A stretch of DNA of 64,000 nucleotides from positions 30,988 through 94,987 of the forward strand of contig CACNAF010000002.1 in the NCBI GenBank assembly GCA_902618385.1, given 5' to 3'. Of the stretch, positions 41,750 to 52,918 are shown one piece after another. The notes under the pieces were generated by a model, which worked only from the letters and a program-made list of their open reading frames with translations, did no database searches and was not told the origin of the DNA. Made by a program: the position numbers and the translations under genes. The first letter of the stretch is position 1, and the number at the start of each line of letters is the position of its first letter. Source of the DNA: an uncultured Alphaproteobacteria bacterium. GTDB lineage: Bacteria; Pseudomonadota; Alphaproteobacteria; HIMB59; GCA-002718135.

Positions 41750-42757
41750 ATGAGGCTTAATATGAAAAATGTAATCAAATTAATTGCTGTCCTTGCTTTA
41801 TTTGGAACTACTTCAGTTTCAGCAAGAGACTATATTTCAATTGTAGGATCTTCTACAGTTTATCCTTTCGCTACTTTAGTTGCTGAAAAAATGGCATCAG
41901 AAGGAATGAAAGCACCCGTAATTGAATCAACTGGTTCTGGTGGAGGACACAAATTATTTTGTGCAGGTGTTGGAGTTGAACATCCAGATATCACTAACTC
42001 TTCAAGAGCACAAAAAGATAAAGAATTCAAACTTTGCCAAGATGGCGGTGTAACTGATATCATCGAAGTTAGAGTTGGTAATGATGGTATAGCTTTTGCA
42101 TACGCTGCAGATTATGAATGGAAATATACTAACGGTGCTACAATGAAAGGTGGCATTGATTTAACTAAAGAAGAAATCTGGCAGGCAATGGCTAGAGATA
42201 ATGCAAATGCTCCAACAACTTGGTATGAAATAGATAAAAGATTACCAAAAGTTGAAATTTCTATCATGGCACCTCCTCCAACTTCTGGAACAAGAGATGC
42301 ATTTGACTCACTTGTAATGAAAAAGGGTTGTGTTAAAGATATGTTAGTTGCTGACGGTGATTGTCAAGCGTATCGTGAAGATGGCCATGTTATTGAAGGT
42401 GGTGAAAATGATGAACTGTATGTTGAGCATATAACTAAAGAACAAGGTGCATTCGGTATCTTTGGTTATAGTTTTGTATCTAATAATTCTGATAAAGTTA
42501 AAGCGTCAATGATTAACGGTGTTGAAATCTCTATGGAAGGTATCCAAGATTATTCATATCCAATAGCAAGACCTTTATTCTTCTACATTAAAAAAGCACA
42601 CATTGGTGTTATTCCTGGTTTAATGGATTATGTTAATGAGTTTGTAAGTGAAGAAGCAACAGAAGGTTACTTACTAGATGCTGGACTTGTTCAACTAAGT
42701 CCTGAGGATAGAGCAACTGTTCTTGATGCTATTTCTAATCAAACAAATTATAAATAA
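41750..42757 (+). CDS. pstS: phosphate ABC transporter substrate-binding protein PstS
   Basis: Signal peptide. GSSTVYPF and TGSGGG motifs. An alternative start is at 41762. Confidence 0.9.
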   Translation: MRLNMKNVIKLIAVLALFGTTSVSARDYISIVGSSTVYPFATLVAEKMASEGMKAPVIESTGSGGGHKLFCAGVGVEHPDITNSSRAQKDKEFKLCQDGGVTDIIEVRVGNDGIAFAYAADYEWKYTNGATMKGGIDLTKEEIWQAMARDNANAPTTWYEIDKRLPKVEISIMAPPPTSGTRDAFDSLVMKKGCVKDMLVADGDCQAYREDGHVIEGGENDELYVEHITKEQGAFGIFGYSFVSNNSDKVKASMINGVEISMEGIQDYSYPIARPLFFYIKKAHIGVIPGLMDYVNEFVSEEATEGYLLDAGLVQLSPEDRATVLDAISNQTNYK

Positions 42758-42779
42758 AAATCTTAAATTTTTATAAAAT

Positions 42780-42805
42780 GGGGGCATACAAGCCCCCTTT
42801 TTTTT
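42780..42805 (+). terminator. rho-independent terminator or attenuator between pstS and pstC
   Basis: GGGGGC-atacaa-GCCCCC followed by T8. Confidence 0.8.
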
Positions 42806-42820
42806 AATACTAAGTTATAA

Positions 42821-44194
42821 ATGTTTTTTTGGTCTTTAGTTTTAATTGCAGTCGGAATTTTCTCATCCTTTATATACGGAAGATCAAGAATTAAATTAAA
42901 TTCTAAAAAACAAGGTACGAAAAGCAAATCTCTTCCCAATTATTACGCACAATACGTTTTAATGTGGTGTTTGTTTCCTGCACTAATTGTTTATTTTTCA
43001 TGGGCTATTTTTCAAGAACAGATTATTCAAAACATAGTTATTAGTAACTTTGAATTTATTGAGGGCGCAGTTTACAACGAAGGATTATTGTTAGCAGAGA
43101 TTAGAAATGTTGCTAATAACCCTTCTTTTGCTGATGGTAAATCTATAGAAATAATTAATGCTGCATCTCATTATTCTTCCTTAAGACAAATAAGTCAAAT
43201 ATCTTTTTATACCTCAATAATCATTATAATGTTACTTGGAGCCTTATACGCTTCACAAAAATTAAAACCAGAATTTCATGCTCAACATACAATTGAAAAA
43301 TATATTCAATATATACTTATATTTTGTTCATCTGTTGCTATTTTCACTACAATAGGAATAGTTTTTTCACTAATATTTGAAAGCCTTCGCTTTTTTGCAG
43401 AAGTATCAATATTTGAATTTTTATTTAGTACTGAGTGGTATCCTTTTATTCCAATTAGAGAAGGTCAAACAGCTGCAGAGGGATCCTTTGGTGCAGTACC
43501 AATATTTGCTGGAACATTTTTAGTAATGGTAGTAGCCATGTGTGTTGCGGTACCTCTTGGATTATTAACAGCAATTTATTTAGCAGAATACGCAAGTCAA
43601 AGAGTTAGAAAAATAGTTAAACCTCTTCTCGAAATTTTGGCAGGAATACCAACAATAGTCTACGGGTTCTTTGCTTTTGTTAGTGTTGCACCTTTCGTTA
43701 AAGCATTTGGACAATCAATTGGAATTGATGCTTCACCAACAAGCGCCCTTGCAGCCGGCATGGTAATGGGGGTTATGATTATTCCTTTTATTTCTTCTTT
43801 ATCTGATGATGTAATAAACTCTGTCCCACAAAGTCTAAGGGAAGCATCTCTTGGTATTGGCGCTAATAAAGCAGAAACTATTAAAAAAGTAATTTTACCA
43901 GCAGCTTTACCTGGAATTGTTGGAGCATTTTTATTAGCAATATCCAGAGCGATAGGGGAGACTATGATTGTTGTAGTTGCAGCAGGCACAGCCCCCAATC
44001 TTACGGGCAATCCTTTTGAAAATGTAACAACAGTTACAGTTCAAATTGTTGTGGCCTTAATAGGTGATCAAGAATTTGATAACCCAAGAACATTATCAGC
44101 ATTTGCTTTAGGATTAGTTTTATTTGTTATTACATTATTTCTTAACATTATAGCTCTACAAATAGTAAAGAGATACAGGGAGCGTTATGAATAA
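42821..44194 (+). CDS. pstC: phosphate ABC transporter permease PstC (long form)
   Basis: 457 aa. EAA-type loop LREASLGIGANKAETIKKVILPAALPG. Confidence 0.9.
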   Translation: MFFWSLVLIAVGIFSSFIYGRSRIKLNSKKQGTKSKSLPNYYAQYVLMWCLFPALIVYFSWAIFQEQIIQNIVISNFEFIEGAVYNEGLLLAEIRNVANNPSFADGKSIEIINAASHYSSLRQISQISFYTSIIIIMLLGALYASQKLKPEFHAQHTIEKYIQYILIFCSSVAIFTTIGIVFSLIFESLRFFAEVSIFEFLFSTEWYPFIPIREGQTAAEGSFGAVPIFAGTFLVMVVAMCVAVPLGLLTAIYLAEYASQRVRKIVKPLLEILAGIPTIVYGFFAFVSVAPFVKAFGQSIGIDASPTSALAAGMVMGVMIIPFISSLSDDVINSVPQSLREASLGIGANKAETIKKVILPAALPGIVGAFLLAISRAIGETMIVVVAAGTAPNLTGNPFENVTTVTVQIVVALIGDQEFDNPRTLSAFALGLVLFVITLFLNIIALQIVKRYRERYE

Positions 44195-45467
44195 CTCTAT
44201 TGCTAAAGAAAAAATTATTTCTTTGAGAAAAAAGAGAAGTTTAGAAGATATGCGATTTAAGTATTACGGCTTCACAGCTATGTGTTTATCTTTAGCAGTT
44301 TTAGTTTTTCTTTTGTATACAATATTTTCTAAAGGATACACTGCTTTTCAAAAAACAATTGTTCTCCTAGAAGTTGATTATAATCAAGAGGTTTTAAAAC
44401 TAACACCTGACTCTTCAGATGAAGATATGGAAAAAGGAAAATTTTTTAGAGTTAAAAAACAGGCTATTGAAAATTTTTTCCCTGATCTCTCAAAATCAGA
44501 TATTAAATTAGTAAAAAAATTATTTTCTATAAATGTAGATAAGGAAATTAAAGACTACTTCTTAGATAATCCTGAAGTTATTAATACTAAGCAACAAATT
44601 TGGGTAACTGCCCATAGTGATGTGGATCAACTATTAAAAGGTAATTCAAGAAGGGATGTGCCAGAAGATAGAAGAAAATTAAATGATATTCAATTAAGTT
44701 ATGTTGATCAATTAGTTGAAGAAAATAGAGTTAAACAAGTTTTTAATAATTTCTTTTTTACTAAAGCAGATTCAAGGCATCCTGAAATTGCTGGTGTAGC
44801 TGGTTCATTTATGGGATCATTATTTACTCTTTTTACTGTTTTTATTTTATCTTTTCCAATAGCTATAGGAGCGTCTGTTTATCTTGAGGAATTTGCTCCA
44901 AAAAATAGAATAACTGAATTAATAGAAGTAAATATTTCAAATCTAGCAGCAGTCCCATCAATAGTTTTTGGACTACTTGGGTTGGGGGTATTGCTTAATG
45001 TTTTTGGTCTTCCAAGGAGTACACCGTTAGTTGGAGGGTCCGTATTAGCCTTAATGACGTTACCAACCATTATCATTGCCTGCCGAGCTTCATTGAAAGC
45101 TGTTCCTCCTTCAATTAAAGAAGGAGCACTCGCAGTTGGAGCAACAAAAACACAAGCGGTATTTCATCATGTCGTACCCCTTGCACTACCAGGGACTTTA
45201 ACAGGGACTATTATTGGATTAGCACAAGCATTAGGAGAAACAGCACCACTAATAATGATTGGCATGATTGCATTTATTCCTAATATTCCAACTGGTTTAA
45301 CAGAACCTTCAGCAGCACTACCTGTTCAAATATATCTTTGGGTGGAAAGTGCAGAAAGAGGTTTTCAAGAAAAATCAGCTGCAGCCATAATGGTAATTTT
45401 AATATTTTTGTTTATGATGAATGCCATTGCAGTGTTCTTAAGAAATAGATTTGAAAGGAAGTGGTAA
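44187..45467 (+). CDS. pstA: phosphate ABC transporter permease PstA (long form)
   Basis: 426 aa. IKEGALAVGATKTQAVFHHVVPLALPG. Overlaps pstC by 8 nt. Confidence 0.9.
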   Translation: MNNSIAKEKIISLRKKRSLEDMRFKYYGFTAMCLSLAVLVFLLYTIFSKGYTAFQKTIVLLEVDYNQEVLKLTPDSSDEDMEKGKFFRVKKQAIENFFPDLSKSDIKLVKKLFSINVDKEIKDYFLDNPEVINTKQQIWVTAHSDVDQLLKGNSRRDVPEDRRKLNDIQLSYVDQLVEENRVKQVFNNFFFTKADSRHPEIAGVAGSFMGSLFTLFTVFILSFPIAIGASVYLEEFAPKNRITELIEVNISNLAAVPSIVFGLLGLGVLLNVFGLPRSTPLVGGSVLALMTLPTIIIACRASLKAVPPSIKEGALAVGATKTQAVFHHVVPLALPGTLTGTIIGLAQALGETAPLIMIGMIAFIPNIPTGLTEPSAALPVQIYLWVESAERGFQEKSAAAIMVILIFLFMMNAIAVFLRNRFERKW

Positions 45468-45470
45468 AAC

Positions 45471-46232
45471 ATGAGTAACTCTAAAATATTGGCAAATGGT
45501 GTAGATGTATATTATGGATCCAAACAAGCCCTTTTTGGAATCTCAATGGATATCAAGGAGAAAGAAGTTACGGCATTAATCGGTCCTTCAGGATGTGGTA
45601 AATCAACTTTCTTAAGATGTATAAACAGAATGAATGATTTAATTGAAATATGTAAAGTATCGGGATCAATAAAAGTAGATAACGAAGAAATTATTAGTGA
45701 AAAAACCGATGTTGTAAGTCTAAGATCTAAAATTGGAATGGTATTTCAAAAACCAAATCCTTTTCCTAAATCTATTTTTGATAATGTTGCTTATGGCCCA
45801 ACTATACATGGTTTAGTTGACTCAAAAAATGAATTAGAAGAAATTGTACATTCATCATTAAAAAAGGCAGGTCTATTTGATGAAGTAAAAGATAGATTAA
45901 ATGAACCTGGAACAAGTTTATCAGGCGGTCAACAACAACGATTATGTATTGCAAGAGCAATTGCTGTTAATCCTGAAATAATCCTAATGGATGAACCTTG
46001 CTCTGCTTTAGATCCAATAGCAACTGCTATTATAGAAGAATTAATTGATGAGTTAAGATTAAACTATACAATTATTATAGTAACTCATTCTATGCAACAG
46101 GCAGCCAGGGTTTCGCAGAAAACATGTTTCTTCCATTTAGGAGAATTAATAGAAACGGGTGAGACAAACAAAATTTTTACAAATCCTGATAATACAAAAA
46201 CACAGGATTACATTACAGGGAGATTTGGATAA
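45471..46232 (+). CDS. pstB: phosphate ABC transporter ATP-binding protein PstB
   Basis: [34 protein letters not shown]. Confidence 0.93.
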   Translation: MSNSKILANGVDVYYGSKQALFGISMDIKEKEVTALIGPSGCGKSTFLRCINRMNDLIEICKVSGSIKVDNEEIISEKTDVVSLRSKIGMVFQKPNPFPKSIFDNVAYGPTIHGLVDSKNELEEIVHSSLKKAGLFDEVKDRLNEPGTSLSGGQQQRLCIARAIAVNPEIILMDEPCSALDPIATAIIEELIDELRLNYTIIIVTHSMQQAARVSQKTCFFHLGELIETGETNKIFTNPDNTKTQDYITGRFG

Positions 46233-46942
46233 TGAAACAAGAAGGACACATTGTAAAATCATATGATGAAGAAATTAGAGACATTAAAAATAATATTGTT
46301 GATATGGGCAGTTTAGTTGAAAATCAACTAAAAGACTCACTTCAATGTTTAAAGGATAAAGATACAGAATTTGCCGAAAAAATTATAGAAAACGATAATG
46401 TAATTGATAAAGCATATAATACTCTTGATCAAAGCTTAGTTGAAATACTTGGCAAAAGACAACCGATGGCTGCAGACTTACGAACAATTTTTTCAGCAAT
46501 TAAAATCAATAAAGATCTAGAAAGAATAGGAGATCATGCAACAAATATTGCCAAAAGAGTAGCAGTAGCAGAAATAGTTTTGCCAGAAAAACCTTCGAGA
46601 GATATTATTAATATGGGTGCACAAGTAAATATAATGATTAGTGAAGTAATAAAAGCTTTTTTAGAATTTTCAGATCAAGCCGCAAAAAAAGTTTGGTTAA
46701 TGGATAGACAAATTGATGAAGAATATCTTGGAATATTAAGACAACTATTAACCTACATGATGGAAGAACCAAAAAGAATCACAGCATGTACAAGTCTTTT
46801 ATATATGGTTAAAGACCTAGAGCGAATTGGTGATTATGTACAAAATATAGCTGAAGATATTTATTATGCAGTTTCTGGTGAGCCCCTATTTGATGGTAAT
46901 CCAGACCCAACCTGGGAAGCAATTCTTCCAAAGAAAAAATAA
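46232..46942 (+). CDS. phoU: phosphate signalling complex protein PhoU
   Basis: Two PhoU repeats, each with an E(R)IGD motif (LERIGDHATNIA, LERIGDYVQNIA). Confidence 0.92.
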   Translation: MKQEGHIVKSYDEEIRDIKNNIVDMGSLVENQLKDSLQCLKDKDTEFAEKIIENDNVIDKAYNTLDQSLVEILGKRQPMAADLRTIFSAIKINKDLERIGDHATNIAKRVAVAEIVLPEKPSRDIINMGAQVNIMISEVIKAFLEFSDQAAKKVWLMDRQIDEEYLGILRQLLTYMMEEPKRITACTSLLYMVKDLERIGDYVQNIAEDIYYAVSGEPLFDGNPDPTWEAILPKKK

Positions 46943-46943
46943 A

Positions 46944-46961
46944 TTGTAATAGAATTGTAAC
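46944..46961 (+). promoter_or_regulatory. candidate Pho box upstream of phoB
   Basis: TTGTAAT-AGAA-TTGTAAC, then TAATAG 7 nt downstream. Lies 23 nt before the phoB ATG. Confidence 0.45.
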
Positions 46962-46983
46962 AAAAATTTAATAGTAAAGATCC

Positions 46984-47667
46984 ATGAAACTAAAAATGCT
47001 TATAGTCGAAGATGAAGAAGCATTACTAGATCTTCTTAAATTTAATTTTAATAAAGAAGGATATAAAATAGATACTGCAACGGACGGTGAAACTGCTTTA
47101 GAAAAAATATTATATAAACCACCTGACATAATTATTCTTGATTGGATGTTACCTAAACTATCAGGAATTGAACTTTGTAGAAGAATTAGAAAAAATAAAG
47201 AACATAAGAATATTCCTATCATAATGTTAACAGCAAAAGGTGAAGAAGAAGATAAACTTCGTGGCTTAGAAACTGGAGCAGATGATTACATAACAAAACC
47301 TTTTTCGGTTAACGAATTAGTGGCAAGAGTAAAAGCTGTTCTTCGACGAATTAGACCAATGTTTGTAGATGAAGTTTTAACTTATAAAGGAATAGTAATT
47401 GACCTTGTATCTCACTCAGCATCACGAGATGGAGAAACTCTTCATCTTGGTCCAACAGAATTTAATTTATTAGCTTTCTTCATGGAAAATATTGGTCGTG
47501 TCTTTAGCCGTGAACAATTACTAAATCATGTTTGGAAAAATGATGCCTATGTAGAACCTCGAACAGTTGATGTTCATATAAGAAGACTGCGAAAGGCCAT
47601 TAATAATGACGTAAAAGAAGATTTTATAAGAACCGTGAGATCAGCAGGATATTGTTTTGGCTCGTAA
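46984..47667 (+). CDS. phoB: phosphate-regulon response regulator PhoB (OmpR family)
   Basis: Receiver domain (LIVEDEEAL...DWMLP) plus a winged-helix domain (LGPTEFNLL, VDVHIRRLRKA). Confidence 0.92.
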   Translation: MKLKMLIVEDEEALLDLLKFNFNKEGYKIDTATDGETALEKILYKPPDIIILDWMLPKLSGIELCRRIRKNKEHKNIPIIMLTAKGEEEDKLRGLETGADDYITKPFSVNELVARVKAVLRRIRPMFVDEVLTYKGIVIDLVSHSASRDGETLHLGPTEFNLLAFFMENIGRVFSREQLLNHVWKNDAYVEPRTVDVHIRRLRKAINNDVKEDFIRTVRSAGYCFGS

Positions 47668-47721
47668 TTAAGCCATAAATTTCACTTATACAAATCACTT
47701 ACCAAACTATAAAACCACCAT

Positions 47722-49269
47722 ATGAAGAGTCTTTTTAGATCATTCTTTACCGTCAGCTTTTATACATTTTTAAGTCGAGTATTAGGTTTTATTCGTGACA
47801 TATTAATAGCAAGATACCTTGGATCGACAGTCATTGCAGATGCATTCTTCGTAGCATTTCGTATTCCTAATTTCTTTCGCCGTGTCTTAGCGGAAGGAGC
47901 ATATAGTGCTGCATTAATCCCAGTTTTCTCTGGTGTTGTTCTCAATCCAAAAGATGAACGCGAGGCTTCTGATTTTGTTGAAAATACGACCTCTATGTTA
48001 CTATTTGCTACGGTAATTTTAACGATCATTTTCTTCTTTGGAATGCCTTATATCATTCAAGTTTTAGCACCAGGTTTTACTGACAATAAAGAAGCCTATG
48101 AACTTGCCGTCCATTTTGGAAAAATAATTTTCCCCTATATTATTTTTATTTCTTTAGCTGCACACTTTGCCTCAATTAATAATGTTCATGAACGTTTCGC
48201 TGCTGGTGCATTTGCTCCTGCTATTTTGAATATAAGTTTTATTCTGTCATTATTCTTTTTAACACCTTTTGTGACAACTGCGGGTCACGCATTATCGTAT
48301 GGTGTATTAATAGGAGGAGTTTTACAATTTCTATATTTATACAGAGCGGTTTTAAATTTTTATCGACCACGTATTCGTATCCCAATTTTAAATGAAAAGT
48401 TAAAAAAGTTTTTCAAATTATTTTTTCCAGGTGTTGTTGGTTCAGGAGTCATTCAATTAAATATTGTCATCGGAACTATCATCGCTTCCTTTTTACCCGT
48501 TGGTGCTATTAGTCATATTTATTACGCGGATCGTCTTAACCAATTACCACTTGCTATATTTGGAATAGCACTTGGTATTGTTCTTTTACCAAGTTTATCA
48601 AAGGCTATTAAACAATCAGATCAAGAAACAACAAATAATATTCAAAATAGATCTATTGAATTTTCATTATTAATTTCTTTACCATCAGCTATAGGATTAT
48701 TTATTTTAGCTGAACCCATTATACAAATTTTATTTGAACGAGGTGCATTTGTAGCAGAAGATACTTTTTATACTTCTAAAGTATTAAGCTACTTTGCTTT
48801 AGGTCTACCTGCTTACATTATAATTAAAGTTTTAGTTTCTTGTTTCTTTGCAAGGGAAGATACTAAAACACCACTCTATATATCTATTGTCAGTGTGATT
48901 AGTAATGTTGTGTTATCGCTACTTTTTATTGGATCAATGAGAGAAATGGGAATTGCTGTTGCAACAGCAATTAGTGCATGGGTAAATGCATTATTACTCT
49001 ATTTCTTTTTAGCTATTAGAAATCATATGAAATTTGATGAACTATTAGTAAGGAATTCTATCAAAATTTTACTAAGTTCATTTCTATTATTTGTAGGAAT
49101 CTACGTATTAAATGGACTATTCTTTACAAATATTAGTGGTAATTCAGTGTTATTAAACTCGGCACTTTTACTTCTGATGATCTTTTTAGCTATAATTATT
49201 TATTTTGGATTAGTAATTGTGTTAAAAGTCCTATCGGTTAATCAGTTAAAAGAATATTTTAAAAAATAA
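47722..49269 (+). CDS. murJ: lipid II flippase MurJ (MviN)
   Basis: 515 aa with about 14 TM segments. N-terminus [17 protein letters not shown]. Confidence 0.9.
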   Translation: MKSLFRSFFTVSFYTFLSRVLGFIRDILIARYLGSTVIADAFFVAFRIPNFFRRVLAEGAYSAALIPVFSGVVLNPKDEREASDFVENTTSMLLFATVILTIIFFFGMPYIIQVLAPGFTDNKEAYELAVHFGKIIFPYIIFISLAAHFASINNVHERFAAGAFAPAILNISFILSLFFLTPFVTTAGHALSYGVLIGGVLQFLYLYRAVLNFYRPRIRIPILNEKLKKFFKLFFPGVVGSGVIQLNIVIGTIIASFLPVGAISHIYYADRLNQLPLAIFGIALGIVLLPSLSKAIKQSDQETTNNIQNRSIEFSLLISLPSAIGLFILAEPIIQILFERGAFVAEDTFYTSKVLSYFALGLPAYIIIKVLVSCFFAREDTKTPLYISIVSVISNVVLSLLFIGSMREMGIAVATAISAWVNALLLYFFLAIRNHMKFDELLVRNSIKILLSSFLLFVGIYVLNGLFFTNISGNSVLLNSALLLLMIFLAIIIYFGLVIVLKVLSVNQLKEYFKK

Positions 49270-49270
49270 T

Positions 49271-50279
49271 ATGGAAAAACCATCAAAAAGAATACTGTCC
49301 GGTGTCCAACCATCTGGTGATCTTCATTTAGGCAATTATCTTGGCGCCATAAAAAATTTTGTTAGTCTTCAAAAAGAATACGAATGTTTTTTTTTGTGTT
49401 GTTGATTTACATGCTATTACAGTTTGGCAAGATCCAAAAGTGTTAGCAAATAAAACAAGAGAAGTAACAGCTGCCTTTATTGCTTCTGGTATTGACCCAA
49501 AGAAAAATAATATTTTTGTTCAATCACAAGTTCCTCAACATGCACAGCTTGGATGGTTGTTCAATTGTGTTGCGAGGATGGGATGGTTAAACCGTATGAC
49601 ACAATTTAAAGATAAAGCTGGTAAAAATAGTGAAAATGTTTCTGTTGGTTTATTTTCTTATCCAACACTGATGGCAGCAGATATATTAATTTATTTAGCA
49701 ACGCACGTTCCTGTTGGTGATGATCAAAAACAACATTTAGAATTAACAAGAGATATAGCCCAAAAATTTAATAATGATTTTAAGACAGATTTTTTTCCTA
49801 TTCCTGAACCATTAATTTTAGGAGAGGCGACAAGAGTAATGAGCCTTCGTGATGGGTCAAAGAAAATGAGTAAATCAGATCCATCTGATTATTCGAGAAT
49901 TATGTTAACTGATACTGCAGAAAATATTACACAAAAAATTAAAAAGGCAAAAACAGATCCTGAACCATTACCACAAGATAAAACTGGTTTAGAAAAAAGA
50001 CCAGAAGCAGAAAATTTAATCTCTATATTTGCTTCTTTACAAGATACATCAATTGAAAGTGTTATTAAGGATTATGCAGGGAAAGAATTCTCCACCTTTA
50101 AAAAAGATTTGGCAGATTTATCCGTATCTAAATTAGAGCCAATTACGAGTGAAATGAATAAACTCATGAGTGATGTTTCTTACATCGATTCTATTTTAAA
50201 TAAGGGTAAAGAGAATGCTATAGCAGTAGCAGAACCTGTTTTGCAAAAAACTAAAGAAATTATTGGTTTTTTATCCTAA
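49271..50279 (+). CDS. trpS: tryptophan--tRNA ligase, reading frame broken by one extra T in a T9 run (49387-49395)
   Basis: The N-terminal 44-codon fragment (49271-49405) carries the HIGH-type motif [14 protein letters not shown]. The rest (frame +1) carries [11 protein letters not shown] and KMSKS. Removing one T gives a colinear TrpRS. Confidence 0.85.
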
Positions 50280-50346
50280 AAATTCCCCAAATTTTAAATT
50301 TTTTTTTAGAAAATTCATACTAAAGACATATTAATAACTATATATA

Positions 50347-50916
50347 ATGCATATGTTTATACAAACTGAACAAACTCCCAATCCACAAACATTAAAATTT
50401 CTACCCGGAAAGGTTGTCATGGATGATGGAACAGCCTTTTTCCAAAATATTGGTGAAGCAGCAGACTCACCATTTGCAAAACGCTTATTTGATGTCGATG
50501 GAGTTGAGGGGGTGTTTTTTGGTAGTGATTTTATCACTATTACAAAAAATCAATCTTTAGATTGGCAAGTTATGAAACCATTGATCTTAGGTTCAATAAT
50601 GGATCATTATAACTCTGGCGATAAAACAATTAATAATAGTAAAAAAAGTGATGATAAATCTTTAGAGATTGAAGAAAACGATACCGATATTGTAAAACAA
50701 ATTAAAGAATTACTGGATACACGAGTAAGACCAGCTGTTGCTATGGATGGTGGTGATATTATCTATGATAGTTTTAAGGATGGTGTTGTATATCTTCATA
50801 TGCAAGGTGCTTGTTCAGGTTGTCCAAGTTCAACTGCTACATTAAAAATGGGTATTGAAAATATGTTAAAACACTATGTTCCAGAGGTACAAGAAGTAAG
50901 GCCTATTGATGGATAG
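50347..50916 (+). CDS. NifU/Nfu-family Fe-S cluster protein (Nfu_N + NifU C-terminal domain)
   Basis: FIQTEQTPNPQTLKF N-domain and GACSGCPSS CxxC motif. The start may be at 50353. Confidence 0.88.
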   Translation: MHMFIQTEQTPNPQTLKFLPGKVVMDDGTAFFQNIGEAADSPFAKRLFDVDGVEGVFFGSDFITITKNQSLDWQVMKPLILGSIMDHYNSGDKTINNSKKSDDKSLEIEENDTDIVKQIKELLDTRVRPAVAMDGGDIIYDSFKDGVVYLHMQGACSGCPSSTATLKMGIENMLKHYVPEVQEVRPIDG

Positions 50917-51889
50917 ACTGCATAATTTTTTTTGTTTCCCTTTATTACTTCTTGGATTAATTTTTATAAGCAATGGTTTTGTTGGCTATGTAGAATTTAA
51001 TGCAGTTGATACTAAGAATACCATTCAAACTGCAAATCAAATAAATAAATTATATTCTGAAAAAGAAATTATACCATCTGAAAAAGAAATTACTCTTAAA
51101 GGTCCTCCTATTGCAGAAATAGTGAAGGAAAAATTAATTGTAAAAATAAGAATAAAGCCTATCAATCCTATAATCACCTCAAAGATTGAAGAGCAAAACA
51201 ATCCAAGTATACAGTTAACATTATCAGATAAAGATTTTGATTACCTTGATTCAAATAAAAAAGAATTTGTAAAAACTATTTTACCAATAATTATTAATGA
51301 AAATCAAAATATTTTAATGATTAGAAGTTTCGTTAGTGAACTTAAAGGTAAGTTAGAAACATTTAGAACTCTCAATAATAATGAAATAAGAAAACTTAAT
51401 GATATTGCTAAAAAGTATAATATTAAGTATCAAAACAAACACAAATTAGATTTAGTTGATGAAATACTTTCAAACGTTGATGTAATACCTAATTCAATAG
51501 TATTAGCCCAAGCAGCAATTGAAAGTGGATGGGGTAAGTCTAGATTTGCAAAAGAATACAACGCACTTTTTGGGGAATACACTTATGATGACTCGGAAGG
51601 TGTTATCCCACTTGAAAGAGAAAATGGTGATACTCATCTAATCAAATCATTTAGCTCATATAGTAACAGTGTTGAATCATATTTTGATAATATTAACTCT
51701 CATTATGCATATGAAGATTTTCGTGATATCCGAAATATAATGAGAAAACGAAATAATTTTTCCAATGTTAACTTACTTGTTAATAAATTAAGCACTTACG
51801 CAGAAGATGAGAATTATATTAAGACGATAAGAGAAGTTATTAAAACTAATAACTTTACTATCTTTGATCAAAAAACTATTTCTTATTAA
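50906..51889 (+). CDS. glucosaminidase-domain protein (Bax/FlgJ-like muramidase family)
   Basis: N-terminal TM segment. C-terminal LAQAAIESGWGKSRFA motif of the mannosyl-glycoprotein endo-beta-N-acetylglucosaminidase domain. Confidence 0.75.
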   Translation: MMDRLHNFFCFPLLLLGLIFISNGFVGYVEFNAVDTKNTIQTANQINKLYSEKEIIPSEKEITLKGPPIAEIVKEKLIVKIRIKPINPIITSKIEEQNNPSIQLTLSDKDFDYLDSNKKEFVKTILPIIINENQNILMIRSFVSELKGKLETFRTLNNNEIRKLNDIAKKYNIKYQNKHKLDLVDEILSNVDVIPNSIVLAQAAIESGWGKSRFAKEYNALFGEYTYDDSEGVIPLERENGDTHLIKSFSSYSNSVESYFDNINSHYAYEDFRDIRNIMRKRNNFSNVNLLVNKLSTYAEDENYIKTIREVIKTNNFTIFDQKTISY

Positions 51890-52918
51890 TTAAAAATAAA
51901 ATTGGTGACCAAACCATCTCCAATTTCCTTCACCATCTTTAACAGTACAATTCATTCTCGATCTTCCAGGCGATAATTCTCGTGAAAGTCTTATTTCAAT
52001 TCTTTCGTTAAATTTATAAATTTCTCTATCAACTTGACCTTTGCTATCAAATATAAAACAATCTAGAGATTTAACTTTTTTATCATCTAGAAGAGAGAAA
52101 CCTATGAATGGTGGGTTTTGTTTAATAGTTGGATTTTGAGGTATAAAGTCGTAAACTCCTAATCCTTTAGAAGAAGCAGCAAATTTTACTCTATCTATTT
52201 CACCATATCTTTCATTTAATGAAAATCTTGGTAGATAATACATGTTAGAAGTTTCATTAATTATTCCGGAATGCTGTCCAAAGGCAACTTTAAATTTAAA
52301 TTCTTTTACTAATTCAATTATTTCATCTGTTGTCTCACCATAAGGAAATGCAAATAAAGTTGGTATCTCCCCAAGCTCTTTTAAGAAGATTCTATTGGAT
52401 GTTTCTATTTCATCTCTTACTTCTTCAATACTAATATCTGGCATGTGGGCATGTGTATGAGAGTGTGCACCAATTACTACTCCTTCTTCTTTCAATTTTC
52501 TTATTTGATCCCAGTTAATATATTTTTTATTATTTGAAATCGTTCCTGTTGTTACAAATAAGGTAACAGGAATATTATTTTTTTTAAATAAGGGCCATCC
52601 AACTTCTAAAAAAGACTTATCAGCATCATCTACACTTATACCAATAGTATTTGCTGGAAGATCACCATCATTAATAATTGTATCAATAATAAAATCTAAT
52701 GATTTAATACTATATTTTTCTTTAGTTAGTTCTTCAATATGACTATTAAGTTGGTCAATGGTTACGCTTGTTGAGGGATATTTAGAAACTCCAAATTTGT
52801 GATACATAAATACAGTTGCTGAATTTTTTACTTCATTAGCAAAAGCACTACTTACTAATAAAAAAATTAAAGAAATACTTTTTAAAAATAGCAATAGAAT
52901 GTAGTTATGTAATTTCAT
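51890..52918 (-). CDS. polysaccharide deacetylase (NodB-homology) family protein, secreted
   Basis: Signal peptide. NodB motifs VDDADKS and GAHSHTHAHM. 342 aa. Confidence 0.8.
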   Translation of the reverse strand: MKLHNYILLLFLKSISLIFLLVSSAFANEVKNSATVFMYHKFGVSKYPSTSVTIDQLNSHIEELTKEKYSIKSLDFIIDTIINDGDLPANTIGISVDDADKSFLEVGWPLFKKNNIPVTLFVTTGTISNNKKYINWDQIRKLKEEGVVIGAHSHTHAHMPDISIEEVRDEIETSNRIFLKELGEIPTLFAFPYGETTDEIIELVKEFKFKVAFGQHSGIINETSNMYYLPRFSLNERYGEIDRVKFAASSKGLGVYDFIPQNPTIKQNPPFIGFSLLDDKKVKSLDCFIFDSKGQVDREIYKFNERIEIRLSRELSPGRSRMNCTVKDGEGNWRWFGHQFYF

